IMG/VR virus record: IMGVR_UViG_3300042368_001196
Strand: one strand, 5' to 3'
Length of the DNA: 64,000 nt
Source of the DNA: an uncultured virus (IMG/VR IMGVR_UViG_3300042368_001196)
Lineage: Duplodnaviria > Heunggongvirae > Uroviricota > Caudoviricetes
Position numbers and translations under genes: made by a program. Shown here in pieces: positions 63,929 through 64,000 of this stretch; positions within the stretch are counted from its first letter, which is position 1, and each line of letters begins with the position of its first letter. The notes under the pieces are model-generated. The model was not told where the DNA came from. It worked only from the letters and a program-made list of their open reading frames with translations, and ran no database searches.

Positions 63929-64000
63929 ATGCCAAGAGACTACGCCCAGGAATATATTTACCACTCGTCACCCGAGCAGAAGCGCCGTCGTGCCCAGCGC
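63929..64000 (+). CDS. Partial ORF, N-terminus resembling small HNH-type phage proteins
   Basis: MPRDYAQEYIYHSSPEQKRRRAQR, cut by the window end. Confidence 0.4.
   Translation, partial: MPRDYAQEYIYHSSPEQKRRRAQR

Noticed and set aside
1..64000. Alternative genetic code or stop-codon readthrough
   Set aside because: Long genes are intact under the standard code and all three stop codons terminate genes

Overview
The window looks like most of a ~60% GC temperate podovirus-like (short-tailed dsDNA) phage genome, circularly permuted. It has four blocks. (1) A + strand virion block at 18-25666: scaffold, major capsid, nozzle, tail fibre, a repeat-expanded adaptor and ejection proteins, including a 3284-aa polyvalent-type protein. 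(2) A - strand block of about 35 small early/accessory genes at 25641-41042, including a dual-frame C5 methyltransferase, an amidoligase and a class II glutamine amidotransferase. (3) A terminase-small-like gene and a candidate origin, then a - strand replication and lysogeny block at 43001-56150: dCMP deaminase, primase-helicase, a family A DNA polymerase split by two inserted genes, a helicase-nuclease fusion, resolvase, Xis, two RHH regulators and an integrase with a tRNA-Pro-like attP. (4) A + strand packaging block: terminase large subunit, glycosyltransferase-like genes and portal. The most notable signals are the split polymerase, the overlapping-frame methyltransferase, two genome-wide cis motifs (an 18-bp palindrome and GTAATAAC), a DDxxD prenyltransferase-like gene among virion genes, and repeat-flanked cassettes in the giant protein. 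All calls rest on reading motifs by eye; no searches were run.
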